From the NCBI GenBank assembly GCA_050250555.1, contig JBFWOK010000007.1:6807-70806 (forward strand): a stretch of 64,000 nt of DNA, read 5' to 3'. The stretch is from Limisphaerales bacterium (GTDB taxonomy: Bacteria; Verrucomicrobiota; Verrucomicrobiia; Limisphaerales; CAIMTB01). The notes beneath the pieces were generated by a model. The model was not told where the DNA came from, did no database searches, and saw only the letters and a list, made by a program, of their open reading frames with translations. A program made the translations under genes and the position numbers. Shown piece by piece: positions 45,259-53,912 of this stretch. The stretch's first letter is position 1. Each line of letters begins with the position of its first letter.

Positions 45259-46149
45259 ATGACAAACCCCGCCCCCGCCATCGAAATCCGCGGACTCGTC
45301 CGCCGCTTCGGCCGCACCGAGGCCGTCCACGGACTCGACCTCACGGTCCCGGCCGGTTCGTGCTACGGCTTTTTCGGCCGGAACGGCGCCGGAAAGACGA
45401 CCACGATCAAGTGCCTGCTGAACCTGCTCAAACCGGACTCGGGCACCGTCCGGGTCTTCGGTCTGGACCCGGCCCGCCAGGAACTCGAGGTGAAACGCCG
45501 CATCGCCTATGTCCCCGACCAGGTCGCCTTCTATCCGTGGATGTCGGTCCGTGACGCCCTCGATTACGCGGCCTCTTTCCGCACCCAGTGGAACGTCGCG
45601 ACCGAGGCCGGCCTACTCGAACGCTTCCGCCTCGACACCCGCAAGCCGGTCACCGGGCTTTCCAAGGGCCAGCGAACCCAGCTCGCGCTGATCAGCGCCA
45701 TCTGCCCGGATCCCGAATTGCTCATCCTCGATGAACCCACCTCGGGGCTCGATCCGATCGTCCGGCGCGAGTTCATCGAGGCGGTCATCGGGGCGTATCA
45801 GGACGCCGACCCGAGCCACCGCACGGTCTTCGTCTCCACGCACCTCATCACCGAGTTCGAGGGTCTCATCGACCGGTTCACGATCGTCAACGAGGGGAAG
45901 GCGTTGGTCTCACTCGAATCCGACGAAGCCCGGTCCAAGTACCGCCGCCTGCGCGCCCGGTTCGCCGGGGAACCTCCCGCGCTCCAACACCCGGGAATTC
46001 TTCGCCAGTCCCGCAACGGCCGGGACCTTGACGTGGTCACCAACGGCGCCACCGAGCAGGTCCTCGAGGAGATCCGAAAATCCAATCCCGAGGACATCCA
46101 GTCCGAATCGCTGTCGCTCGAGGAGATTTTTGTCGTCGCCAACGGTTGA
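45259..46149 (+). CDS. ABC transporter ATP-binding protein
   Basis: Walker A GRNGAGKTTT, Q-loop, signature LSKGQRTQL, Walker B LLILDEPTSGLD. Starts 4 nt after the GntR stop. Confidence 0.92.
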   Translation: MTNPAPAIEIRGLVRRFGRTEAVHGLDLTVPAGSCYGFFGRNGAGKTTTIKCLLNLLKPDSGTVRVFGLDPARQELEVKRRIAYVPDQVAFYPWMSVRDALDYAASFRTQWNVATEAGLLERFRLDTRKPVTGLSKGQRTQLALISAICPDPELLILDEPTSGLDPIVRREFIEAVIGAYQDADPSHRTVFVSTHLITEFEGLIDRFTIVNEGKALVSLESDEARSKYRRLRARFAGEPPALQHPGILRQSRNGRDLDVVTNGATEQVLEEIRKSNPEDIQSESLSLEEIFVVANG

Positions 46150-46161
46150 ACCGTCGCCGCC

Positions 46162-48459
46162 ATGAACGCCTCACTCACCGTGCCGCTGGGTTCGCGCCAC
46201 CCGTCCGCGTACGCGCCGTTGCTCCTGCCCATCGTTCCCTTGATCGCGGGGGTGTTGGCGACGGACGCCATCGATCGGCTCCACCACCTTTTGGGAGCGC
46301 TGGCCCTTGGGATTCTGGGGATCCTTCTTTCGATCGGATTGGGCGCCTGGATCGACGGGGCTTCAAGGCTGGTCAGGAAGGAGGTTGAACAGCTCCGGTC
46401 GACCTGGTTGGTGGGGCTCTTTGCGGCGCAGGTCGGACTGCTCCTTCGGGATGGCAACGACCCGGCCGGGGTGCTCGTGGTCCCCGTGTTTCTCTTCGCC
46501 CTGCTGGCCTCGCTCCCCCTGGGCGTCGAGTTTCAACAACGCACACTCGCGACCCTCCTGGCCGCCCCGGTGGAGCGACAACGGGTCTGGAACATCAAGA
46601 TCTCGGTCCTCGCGGTGGGACTGTTCTCCCAGATCCTGGTCCTGCTCGTGACCGGACTCGTCGCGCAGGGAGGAATGACCCACCAGCTCGTCCTTGTGAT
46701 CGGATGGGCCCTGGCCTTCGCCCTCGCCGCATGGGCCACGGTTCCCTGGTGGAGCCTGGTGACGCGCAACCTCATCGCCGGCCTCGTCTTCTCCGTGGCG
46801 GTTCCCCCGCTGACCCTTGTGCTGCTCGGCTCGCTCGTGGACTGGCTTTCCTCACCCTTCGCATGGCTCTCGAACGCCTCGACCGTCTTGCTCGGGATCC
46901 TTGGGGGCGGCTACCTCCTTGGAGCCCCTTGGTTCGCCCGCAAACGCTGGCTCACGATGGAGGCGCCCGACCTGGCTGAGCGCGAGCTCAGCGGACTCTT
47001 CCTTCCCAAGCGCTCGTCGATCGAAGCCCGGCGACCGTCCCGGAAACCGTGGTTGGGCGAGCTGGTCGGCAAGGAACTCCGCCTCCAGACCACCACGCTG
47101 GTCACCCTGGCCGCCGGCGTGCTTCTGGCCGGCGTGAAACCGATGCTTCCCCAGACCGTCGTCTCCCAGGAGCTCGCCTCCCTGTTGATCGGAATGTTCG
47201 CCGTGGTCTCCGTCATTCTCGCCGGTTCCACCGCCATCGCCGAGGAGCGCCGACTCGGAACGCTCGACAGCCAGGTTCTCCTGCCGGTGTCGCGTGTGAC
47301 CCAATGGTGGCTCAAGTTCCTCGCCGGTCTCGTCATCACGGGAGTCGCCGCCCTCCTGCTCTTTCAGCTCGTCCCTGGGTCGCAGCGGACCTTCGGTTTG
47401 CTGATTCAGTTCGCCGTGCTGCCCACCCTGTTCGTGTTCTGTTTCCTTGCTTCATCCGCCGCCCCGAATTCCCTGCGCGCCCTCCTCCTCGGTCTCGCCT
47501 TCACCGGGGTCCTCCTCGCCCTTTGCTACGGGCTGGCCGCATTCGGACTCACGGACACCCACATCCGCGTGTCCGGCCAGTTTGAGGAATTCCGGGAGAA
47601 TCCCGAGCCCTGGCTCGCGAGGGCCCGGGCGCTCTCGGAGTCCGAGGTCGCCAGACTCAACACCCCCATCGTGCCCCGCTATGTCGGATACCTGATGACC
47701 GCCGGTTTCGTTCTGGCCGCGATCCCGGTCGTGCTCGCGGTCGCGTTCTCCTTTCGTAACTTCGCCCACCCGGCCACCGCTTCGCGTTCATTGCGATTTC
47801 AGTTCCCCGCCTGTGTCCTCGCGACGCTGGCATCGGGAACGGTCCTCATCGGTGGCGCCGTCCAACTGCAACGCGCCTCCGTCACCCAGGAAATCCTCCG
47901 CCTTGCGCGTGGCGAAATCGAAGTTGTGGGCTGGCTTTCCCCGGCGGAACTCAAGCTCAGAAAGGCCCTTCGAGGATATCAGTTCGACGGCACTCCGTGG
48001 CGTCTGACGATCCGACGCCGCCTTCCACACCGAGGGCTTCTTCCGATTCCGCCGACGCCGGATTCGGCTCCCCGGAATCGGGACGGCAGGGAGGTGCTCC
48101 GATGGAGTCAGGAGACGGTGAGCCTCCCTCTAAATCGGGAGTCCAGGGCTGTGCTCATCCTCGACGGCGACATTCCCGAGGACATCCGCGAGGCGCTTCG
48201 CCAGGAGGCCCTCGCCCACGGGGAGCCGGATCTCCCCGCCTCTCCCGGCCGCCCACCCGGCCCCTGGCCCGCCGACAGCCTGGTCAGAATGTCCCCCGAT
48301 CTGATGAGACGCTACGGGCTGGTTCCCAAGCCCAGCGACACCCCACCCGAACCTTCGCCTGCGACAAATTCGCCGGGCCCGGTCCAGATGTCCCCGGAGC
48401 TGATGAAGCGCTACGGACTCTCGCCCGACGGAGCAAAGGACCAAAGCCCCGTCCCTTAG
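46162..48459 (+). CDS. polytopic ABC-2-like membrane protein with a long soluble C-terminal region
   Basis: About 12 hydrophobic segments across aa 1-560. The tail carries two copies of MSP(D/E)LM(R/K)RYGL (48289-48321, 48388-48420). Position matches the permease slot of YtrA-type operons. Confidence 0.7.
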   Translation: MNASLTVPLGSRHPSAYAPLLLPIVPLIAGVLATDAIDRLHHLLGALALGILGILLSIGLGAWIDGASRLVRKEVEQLRSTWLVGLFAAQVGLLLRDGNDPAGVLVVPVFLFALLASLPLGVEFQQRTLATLLAAPVERQRVWNIKISVLAVGLFSQILVLLVTGLVAQGGMTHQLVLVIGWALAFALAAWATVPWWSLVTRNLIAGLVFSVAVPPLTLVLLGSLVDWLSSPFAWLSNASTVLLGILGGGYLLGAPWFARKRWLTMEAPDLAERELSGLFLPKRSSIEARRPSRKPWLGELVGKELRLQTTTLVTLAAGVLLAGVKPMLPQTVVSQELASLLIGMFAVVSVILAGSTAIAEERRLGTLDSQVLLPVSRVTQWWLKFLAGLVITGVAALLLFQLVPGSQRTFGLLIQFAVLPTLFVFCFLASSAAPNSLRALLLGLAFTGVLLALCYGLAAFGLTDTHIRVSGQFEEFRENPEPWLARARALSESEVARLNTPIVPRYVGYLMTAGFVLAAIPVVLAVAFSFRNFAHPATASRSLRFQFPACVLATLASGTVLIGGAVQLQRASVTQEILRLARGEIEVVGWLSPAELKLRKALRGYQFDGTPWRLTIRRRLPHRGLLPIPPTPDSAPRNRDGREVLRWSQETVSLPLNRESRAVLILDGDIPEDIREALRQEALAHGEPDLPASPGRPPGPWPADSLVRMSPDLMRRYGLVPKPSDTPPEPSPATNSPGPVQMSPELMKRYGLSPDGAKDQSPVP

Positions 48460-48488
48460 TCGACGCCCCGACGTCGCTTCCCCCCACG

Positions 48489-48524
48489 ATCCGTGTGCTC
48501 CGAGTGCTCCGTGGTTGTGAATCA
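48489..48524 (+). repeat. TCCGTG triple-9-mer repeat element (copy 2), bracketed by a 15-bp direct repeat
   Basis: tccgtgtgc tccgagtgc tccgtggtt gtgaatcag. CCCGTCCCTTAGTCG is present at 48448-48462 and 48551-48565. Confidence 0.9.
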
Positions 48525-48559
48525 GGGGGCCGCCGCGGCGCCGACAAAAGACCCGTCCC

Positions 48560-49228
48560 TTAGTCGGAGTCGCCACCCAGCAGGAACGCCCGCACCTCCT
48601 CGAACCTCCCGACCACCGCATCCGCGTCCGCCAGTCGGGAGGCCTCGGTCGTGTTCGTGATCGCAATCACCCGCATTCCGGCCGCGCGCGCCGCGCTCAC
48701 ACCGGGGTTCGAATCCTCGATCACCACGCAATCCGCGGGAGCCACTCCGAGAAGCTCCGCCGCGCGCAGGAACAGGTCCGGCGCCGGCTTTCCCCGCGCG
48801 ACGTCCTGGACGGAGACCGTGTGCTGGAAGTGCCGGCGCAATCCCCGCATCGCGAGAACCCCGGCGATCGCGGTCCGCAGCGAACCCGACGCGACCGCGA
48901 GCGCGTATCGGCGGGCGAGATCCTCCACGAGCGCCGGAATTTCGGGGAAGATCGGCTCCTGCTTCGCGAGGAGATCCAGAAACAACGCTCCCTTTCGTTC
49001 GAGCAGCTGGTCCGCCGTCGCGGCGACATCGCGCCCCTGGATTAGCTTCAGCAAGACCGGCCGGTCCGCCGTTCCCACGTACTCATGCCAGTTCCCGAGC
49101 ACCGATTCCTCGATTCCCAGTTCCCCCATCAGAAGGCGGAAGGACTCCTGATGCAGCGGTTCGCTGTCCACGATCACGCCGTCCAGATCGAAGATCACGG
49201 CGCGCGTGCCATGTCGAAAATGTGTCAC
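48560..49228 (-). CDS. HAD-superfamily hydrolase (beta-phosphoglucomutase-like subfamily IA)
   Basis: Motif I VIFDLDGVIVDSE, motif II AVASGS, motif III/IV GKPAPDLF...VVIEDSNPGVSAARAAGM. GTG at 49228 is preferred; the track's 49297 start is also a GTG and overlaps lgt. Confidence 0.8.
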   Translation of the reverse strand: MTHFRHGTRAVIFDLDGVIVDSEPLHQESFRLLMGELGIEESVLGNWHEYVGTADRPVLLKLIQGRDVAATADQLLERKGALFLDLLAKQEPIFPEIPALVEDLARRYALAVASGSLRTAIAGVLAMRGLRRHFQHTVSVQDVARGKPAPDLFLRAAELLGVAPADCVVIEDSNPGVSAARAAGMRVIAITNTTEASRLADADAVVGRFEEVRAFLLGGDSD

Positions 49229-49260
49229 CGGCGGACCGTATCGGGAACATCCCCGCCTGC

Positions 49261-49947
49261 CTACGCCATCCTTGCCCGTTGAATCCAGCGCACACACCCC
49301 AGCGCCACCAACACCACCGCCGCCAGATGGTAGCCGCTCAAGGGCCCCATCACCCGGGCCGTATCCCGATGGAACTCGGAATAGAACCGGAACACCCCGT
49401 ACGCGATGAGGTACGCGTGAAATCGCTGGCCCCGCAGACGTTGGGTGACCCGGAGTCCCAACACGGCGGCGAAGGCCAAGGCGTGGAATGCCAGCTCCGC
49501 CGGAACCGCGGGCCAGCGGGCGACCCCGTCCGCATCAACCCGCGCGTACCAGGCCGACGCCGGACACGCTTGGCCTGGACAACACCCGTGGCTCAGGCAT
49601 CCCAGCCGTCCCAGGAAGAGTCCCACCGGAACCACCTCGGCAAACCGGTCGCCCGTGGCCTCGGTGTATCCCAAGGCCTTCTTCGCGAGTTCGACCCCCA
49701 CATAGCCGAAAATCAGGCCGCCGAGAATCGTCTTGCCGGTGGACCACCGGGTCCAACGGTCCGGCATCGGCCAATCCCGCCAACCTTCCGCCAGGAGGTA
49801 GACGATCTTGGCCCCGAGAAATGCCCCAAGAAGACCCGCGAGAAACAACACAGGAAGGCGCGGATCCCTGCGGCCCGCTCGGACCCAGAGCACGCAGGAG
49901 AGAACGACTCCCGCGACCATCCAAAGCGAGTAGGACGAGACATGCAT
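49261..49947 (-). CDS. lgt: prolipoprotein diacylglyceryl transferase
   Basis: ATG at 49947 (MHVSSYSLWMVAGVV). GKTILGGLIFGYVGVELAKK, GLFLGRLGCLSHGCCPG and YGVFRFYSEFHRD are Lgt family signatures. Confidence 0.8.
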   Translation of the reverse strand: MHVSSYSLWMVAGVVLSCVLWVRAGRRDPRLPVLFLAGLLGAFLGAKIVYLLAEGWRDWPMPDRWTRWSTGKTILGGLIFGYVGVELAKKALGYTEATGDRFAEVVPVGLFLGRLGCLSHGCCPGQACPASAWYARVDADGVARWPAVPAELAFHALAFAAVLGLRVTQRLRGQRFHAYLIAYGVFRFYSEFHRDTARVMGPLSGYHLAAVVLVALGCVRWIQRARMA

Positions 49948-50203
49948 CGCGCGCCTTCCACCCGGAGCATGAAGCAGCGGGTTCTCAATGTCCCGACCGG
50001 GTTGATCCAACTCCGTTCCGCCCGGCCCGCGACGGCGTTTCTTCGTGAATTCCCCCACGAAGCGGACAAAAATCATCGACGACGCCTATCCGTCCGAAGC
50101 GCACGGTCAACATGCCCATCGCGCGGGTTGAACAGCGAAAGCGGTGTCGCATCGGCGTCACCATGACATGCGATCGAAATCGAGTGTTCCCCATGCACGA
50201 GCC

Positions 50204-51670
50204 ATGAACCCTTCGGCGGAAGGGATCCCCAGGTTCGACGCGATCGCCCCCACACCGGCCGCCCGGGATCGGAAGCCCCACGGGCCTCCGGAGCCCGCCG
50301 CCGTGCGGCGGTTTCGCCGATCCATCGTCCCTTGGTTCGCGTTGGTTCTCCTCGCGGCGCCGTCGCGCGGCGACGTTCTGACCGGCACCCGGGGTGAACG
50401 GCTGATCGGCCGCGTTATCCAGGAGCTTCCGGACTCCGTCGTCTTCGAATCCGAGCTCGCGGGCGTCCTGACCATTCCCAAGAGCCGTATCCAGGCGATC
50501 GAAAAGACGCCCGACCCAGTCCCACCCCCACCCGTCACGCCACCCGTTTCCCTGTCCCCGTCGACCGCGCCCGCCGAACTCGTCAAACCCCCGCCTCCAC
50601 TCTCCCTTTCGCCCTCGCCGCCACCGGAGTCGTCGTCCCCGCCCACCCCACCCCAGGTCCAGCCGGCGTGGTTTACGATGCCGTCGTCCGGAAAGGGGTC
50701 GGATTGGATCCAGCTGAATTCAGGCGAGTGGCTGCGGGGACAGTTGAGGTCGATGCAGAAGCGTCGACTCGAGTTCGACAGCGAAAAGCTCGACGACCGC
50801 TCCTTCGATTGGGACGACGTCACCCAGGTCTGGGCGCCCGGCGCGAACGATGTGCTGTTCGAGGATCGGATCACTGCGTCCGGAGCGCTTCGGATCACCC
50901 CGGAAACGGTGACGGTCTCGGGACTCGAGACGAACACGTTTCCGCGCGCGGATCTCGTGACCATCGCTCCCGGAGGCAAGTCCGAACTCGACCATTGGAC
51001 GGCCCGGATCTCGGCCGGACTTTCCCTTCGCACGGGCAACACGCGGCAGGTCGACTACAACGCCCACGTTCAGCTCGGTCGGTACAGTCCGTCGACACGC
51101 CTGACCCTGGAGTATCTCGGCAACGTGGGGCGGGTCGACGACACCGACACGATCAACAACCACCGGGCCACCGCCCAGTTCGACTATTTCCTGTCGGGCC
51201 GGTTCTTCGTTCGCGTTCCCTCCGTGGAGTACTACCGGGACGTCCTTCAGAATCTGAAACACCGGATCACGGCGGGCGCGGGCGCGGGCTATGACATCGT
51301 CTCGAACGACCGGACGCTCTGGAGTCTGTGGTCCGGCCCCGCCTACCAACGAAACGAGTTCGACTCGGTCGAATCCGGCGATGATCAGACCACGGAGGCT
51401 TTGGCGTTGGTCATTGGAAGCCGTTTCGAGTACGAGCTCAACCGCCGCATCGATCTCAGCCTCGAGTACCGGGGCCAGATCACCCGGCGTGAAGTCGGTG
51501 AAACCACCCACCACGGCGTCGCGGTCTTCGAAATCGAACTGACCCGGCGGCTGGACTTGGACGTTTCCCTGGTCTGGGACCGAATCTCCTCCCCCCAGTC
51601 GCAGAGCGACGGTTCCACCCCCCTCCGCGACGACTTCCGGTTGACCCTCGGCCTGGCCGTGGATCTTTGA
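50204..51670 (+). CDS. DUF481-family outer-membrane beta-barrel protein with N-terminal beta-rich modules and a Pro-rich linker
   Basis: The C-terminal half has alternating-residue strands (ISAGLSLRTGNTRQ, ATAQFDYFLS, ITAGAGAGYDIV, HGVAVFEIELT, DFRLTLGLAVDL end). Start uncertain (50168 or 50204). Confidence 0.65.
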   Translation: MNPSAEGIPRFDAIAPTPAARDRKPHGPPEPAAVRRFRRSIVPWFALVLLAAPSRGDVLTGTRGERLIGRVIQELPDSVVFESELAGVLTIPKSRIQAIEKTPDPVPPPPVTPPVSLSPSTAPAELVKPPPPLSLSPSPPPESSSPPTPPQVQPAWFTMPSSGKGSDWIQLNSGEWLRGQLRSMQKRRLEFDSEKLDDRSFDWDDVTQVWAPGANDVLFEDRITASGALRITPETVTVSGLETNTFPRADLVTIAPGGKSELDHWTARISAGLSLRTGNTRQVDYNAHVQLGRYSPSTRLTLEYLGNVGRVDDTDTINNHRATAQFDYFLSGRFFVRVPSVEYYRDVLQNLKHRITAGAGAGYDIVSNDRTLWSLWSGPAYQRNEFDSVESGDDQTTEALALVIGSRFEYELNRRIDLSLEYRGQITRREVGETTHHGVAVFEIELTRRLDLDVSLVWDRISSPQSQSDGSTPLRDDFRLTLGLAVDL

Positions 51671-51731
51671 CCGCCCCCTGCCCCCGTCCCGGGTCTGACC
51701 GTTCTGCGCCCCCCGGAATCCGGGCCCCCTG

Positions 51732-53747
51732 CTACGGGTCCTCCTCCGACTCGCGCACCGTGAAGGTGATTCCGCTTCGCAGACCGTTCGTCACCACCTG
51801 ACGTCGTCCCGACGGCCAGAGGACTTCGACGGCTTCGACCTCGGTCGAGTCGGCCAGGCCGAAATACAGCGGCATCGCGCTGTGACCGAGGTACCCGGAC
51901 TTGCCGTCGTGAAACTGCGTCCAGACCCGGCCCCCTGAACGAACGGCAACCCTCGCCCCAAGGCCGTCCCGATTCGAACGTCTCCCCTCCAGTTTCAATT
52001 GCAGAAAGCGCGCCGGCCGCCGGTCGGCGAGATCGCTCAGCAGGATGCGCGGACGGTCGTGGAACTCCCCCAGCACCACGTCGAGGTCGCCGTCGCCATC
52101 GAGATCGCAGATCGCCGAGGAACGCGAACTCAGGGTCCCCAGGACATTCGTGCGCCCGGTGAAGGATCCGCAGGCCGGGTGACCTCGATCGGCACCTCCA
52201 CATTCCAGCGTGAACCACACCTTCTCGGTCCTTCCGTCCTGTCGGGGCTCGATTCCAACGACAAACTCCGCGTCGAAGAACCGCCGTCCCCCCTCGTTGA
52301 GAAGAACGGAATTGATCGCGTACCGAAAGGGGTACCCCATGCCCGCCGTCACAAGAACGTCGGGGAAGCCGTCCGCGTTGAGATCCCCCACGCTCGCGCC
52401 CCACGGCCAGTAGGTCTCCAATCCTAGTTCGTCGGACGCTTCAAGGAACGTCCCGTCCCCGAGCGCGCGATAGAACGCATTCCCGAACAGGTTGTTCGTC
52501 GACCCCTGGAAGTAGCTCTCCGGAAATTGCGCCGAACAGTAGGCCTCGCTCTTCGCCTTCTCGATCTCCTGCCCGAACGACAGGGCCTTCTCGGTCTGCA
52601 ACCCGGTCATGTCCGAATGCATGTCGGTGACGAACAGGTCGGGTCGCCCGTCCTGATCGTGATCAAAGAACTTCACGCCCGTCGCACCCCACGCCGTCTT
52701 GGGAAAGAACCCCGAAGCGCGGTCCTCGAATGTCTTCCCCCCGAGGTTGACGTAATACCGGTCGTCACCCTGCATGTTCGGCAAGTAGATGTCCGGATAC
52801 CCGTCCCGGTCGGGATCCGCGAAGGTCGCATCCCCAAACCACCCCGCGCCCCGAATCCCCACCCGCTTCGACACGTCTTCGAAACGACCATCGCCGAGAT
52901 TCCGATAGAGGAGACTCGGCTCCGTTCGATCGGGATGGAGATGCCCTTGGAAAGCGTCAACGAGGGCACGGTGGAATCCCCCGGGGCCCAGGACGTCCGA
53001 CGTGTAGACGCCCACGTTGGCCACGAACAAATCCAGGCGCCCGTCCCGGTCGAAATCCAGGAAAACGGCCCCCGACGAATGCCCCACATAGCCCAGCCCC
53101 GAAGCCGCCGTCGCATCCAGAAAACGCCCATTCCCCTGGTTCAGAAAAAATCGGTTCCCGTGACGGACGGTGGTCACGAAAAGATCCGGATCCCCGTCGT
53201 TGTCGACGTCGCCGAACGCCGGCGCCACCGAAATCTGATCCACCATCGCCAAGCCGGCCTTCTCGGTGATGTCCTCGAACCGTGCTCCGCCCAGGTTGCG
53301 CCAGAGCTGGTTCGAACCCAGCTGGGTGCAGAAATAGAGGTCGAGCCGTCCGTCGCCATCGACGTCCGCCACCGCGAGTCCGCTGCCGTGATCGTAGTGC
53401 GCCGCCTTGTAGTCGCGTCCCGCGTCGTCCACCGCGCGGTGCTCGAATCGAATCCCACTGGCGTCCGTGCGGTCCGCGAACTTGAATCCGCGAAACGCGC
53501 GGTACCGCTGGACCGACGCCTCCTGGATCTTGCGCCGGACTTCCAATTGCCGCTTCGCGTACCGATGTTCCGGACTTTGCTCGGGACCCCTAGGGACTAC
53601 AGCCCCGGCGGCGGCGATGCCCAAGGTCGCCAGAACCAACGTCGCGACCGTGCACGCCATCGGGAAACAGGGAAGCCCCAAGCCATGCGAGTCGGTTCGC
53701 CGCGGAAATCGGGCCCTCCATGGCACGAACCGCCCCAAGCGTGCCAT
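51732..53747 (-). CDS. FG-GAP/VCBS-repeat protein with C-terminal ASPIC/UnbV domain (CRTAC1 family)
   Basis: Seven D-x-D-x-DG-x-x-D(L/I) loops (DVDGDGRLDLYF, DVDNDGDPDLFV, ...). The C-terminus LKLEGRRSNRDGLGARVAV...GYLGHSAMPLYFGL...VEVLWPSGR. Start at 53747 or 53660. Confidence 0.85.
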   Translation of the reverse strand: MARLGRFVPWRARFPRRTDSHGLGLPCFPMACTVATLVLATLGIAAAGAVVPRGPEQSPEHRYAKRQLEVRRKIQEASVQRYRAFRGFKFADRTDASGIRFEHRAVDDAGRDYKAAHYDHGSGLAVADVDGDGRLDLYFCTQLGSNQLWRNLGGARFEDITEKAGLAMVDQISVAPAFGDVDNDGDPDLFVTTVRHGNRFFLNQGNGRFLDATAASGLGYVGHSSGAVFLDFDRDGRLDLFVANVGVYTSDVLGPGGFHRALVDAFQGHLHPDRTEPSLLYRNLGDGRFEDVSKRVGIRGAGWFGDATFADPDRDGYPDIYLPNMQGDDRYYVNLGGKTFEDRASGFFPKTAWGATGVKFFDHDQDGRPDLFVTDMHSDMTGLQTEKALSFGQEIEKAKSEAYCSAQFPESYFQGSTNNLFGNAFYRALGDGTFLEASDELGLETYWPWGASVGDLNADGFPDVLVTAGMGYPFRYAINSVLLNEGGRRFFDAEFVVGIEPRQDGRTEKVWFTLECGGADRGHPACGSFTGRTNVLGTLSSRSSAICDLDGDGDLDVVLGEFHDRPRILLSDLADRRPARFLQLKLEGRRSNRDGLGARVAVRSGGRVWTQFHDGKSGYLGHSAMPLYFGLADSTEVEAVEVLWPSGRRQVVTNGLRSGITFTVRESEEDP

Positions 53748-53757
53748 CCCACTTCCT

Positions 53758-53790
53758 TCCGTGTGTTCCGAAGTTTCCGTGGTTGAGATC
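53758..53790 (+). repeat. TCCGTG triple-9-mer repeat element (copy 4)
   Basis: tccgtgtgt tccgaagtt tccgtggtt gagatc, between the LamG-repeat gene and the ASPIC gene. Confidence 0.85.
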
Positions 53791-53912
53791 CGCATTCTCG
53801 GTTTCACGTTTGGTCTCGTTTCGGACCCAAGGTAAACGCCCCGCCCGCCAGGAAGGCAAGCGGGGCGCTCCGAAGAGACCCTTCGCGGGAAGGCCGAGTT
53901 GCCGGCCCCACG

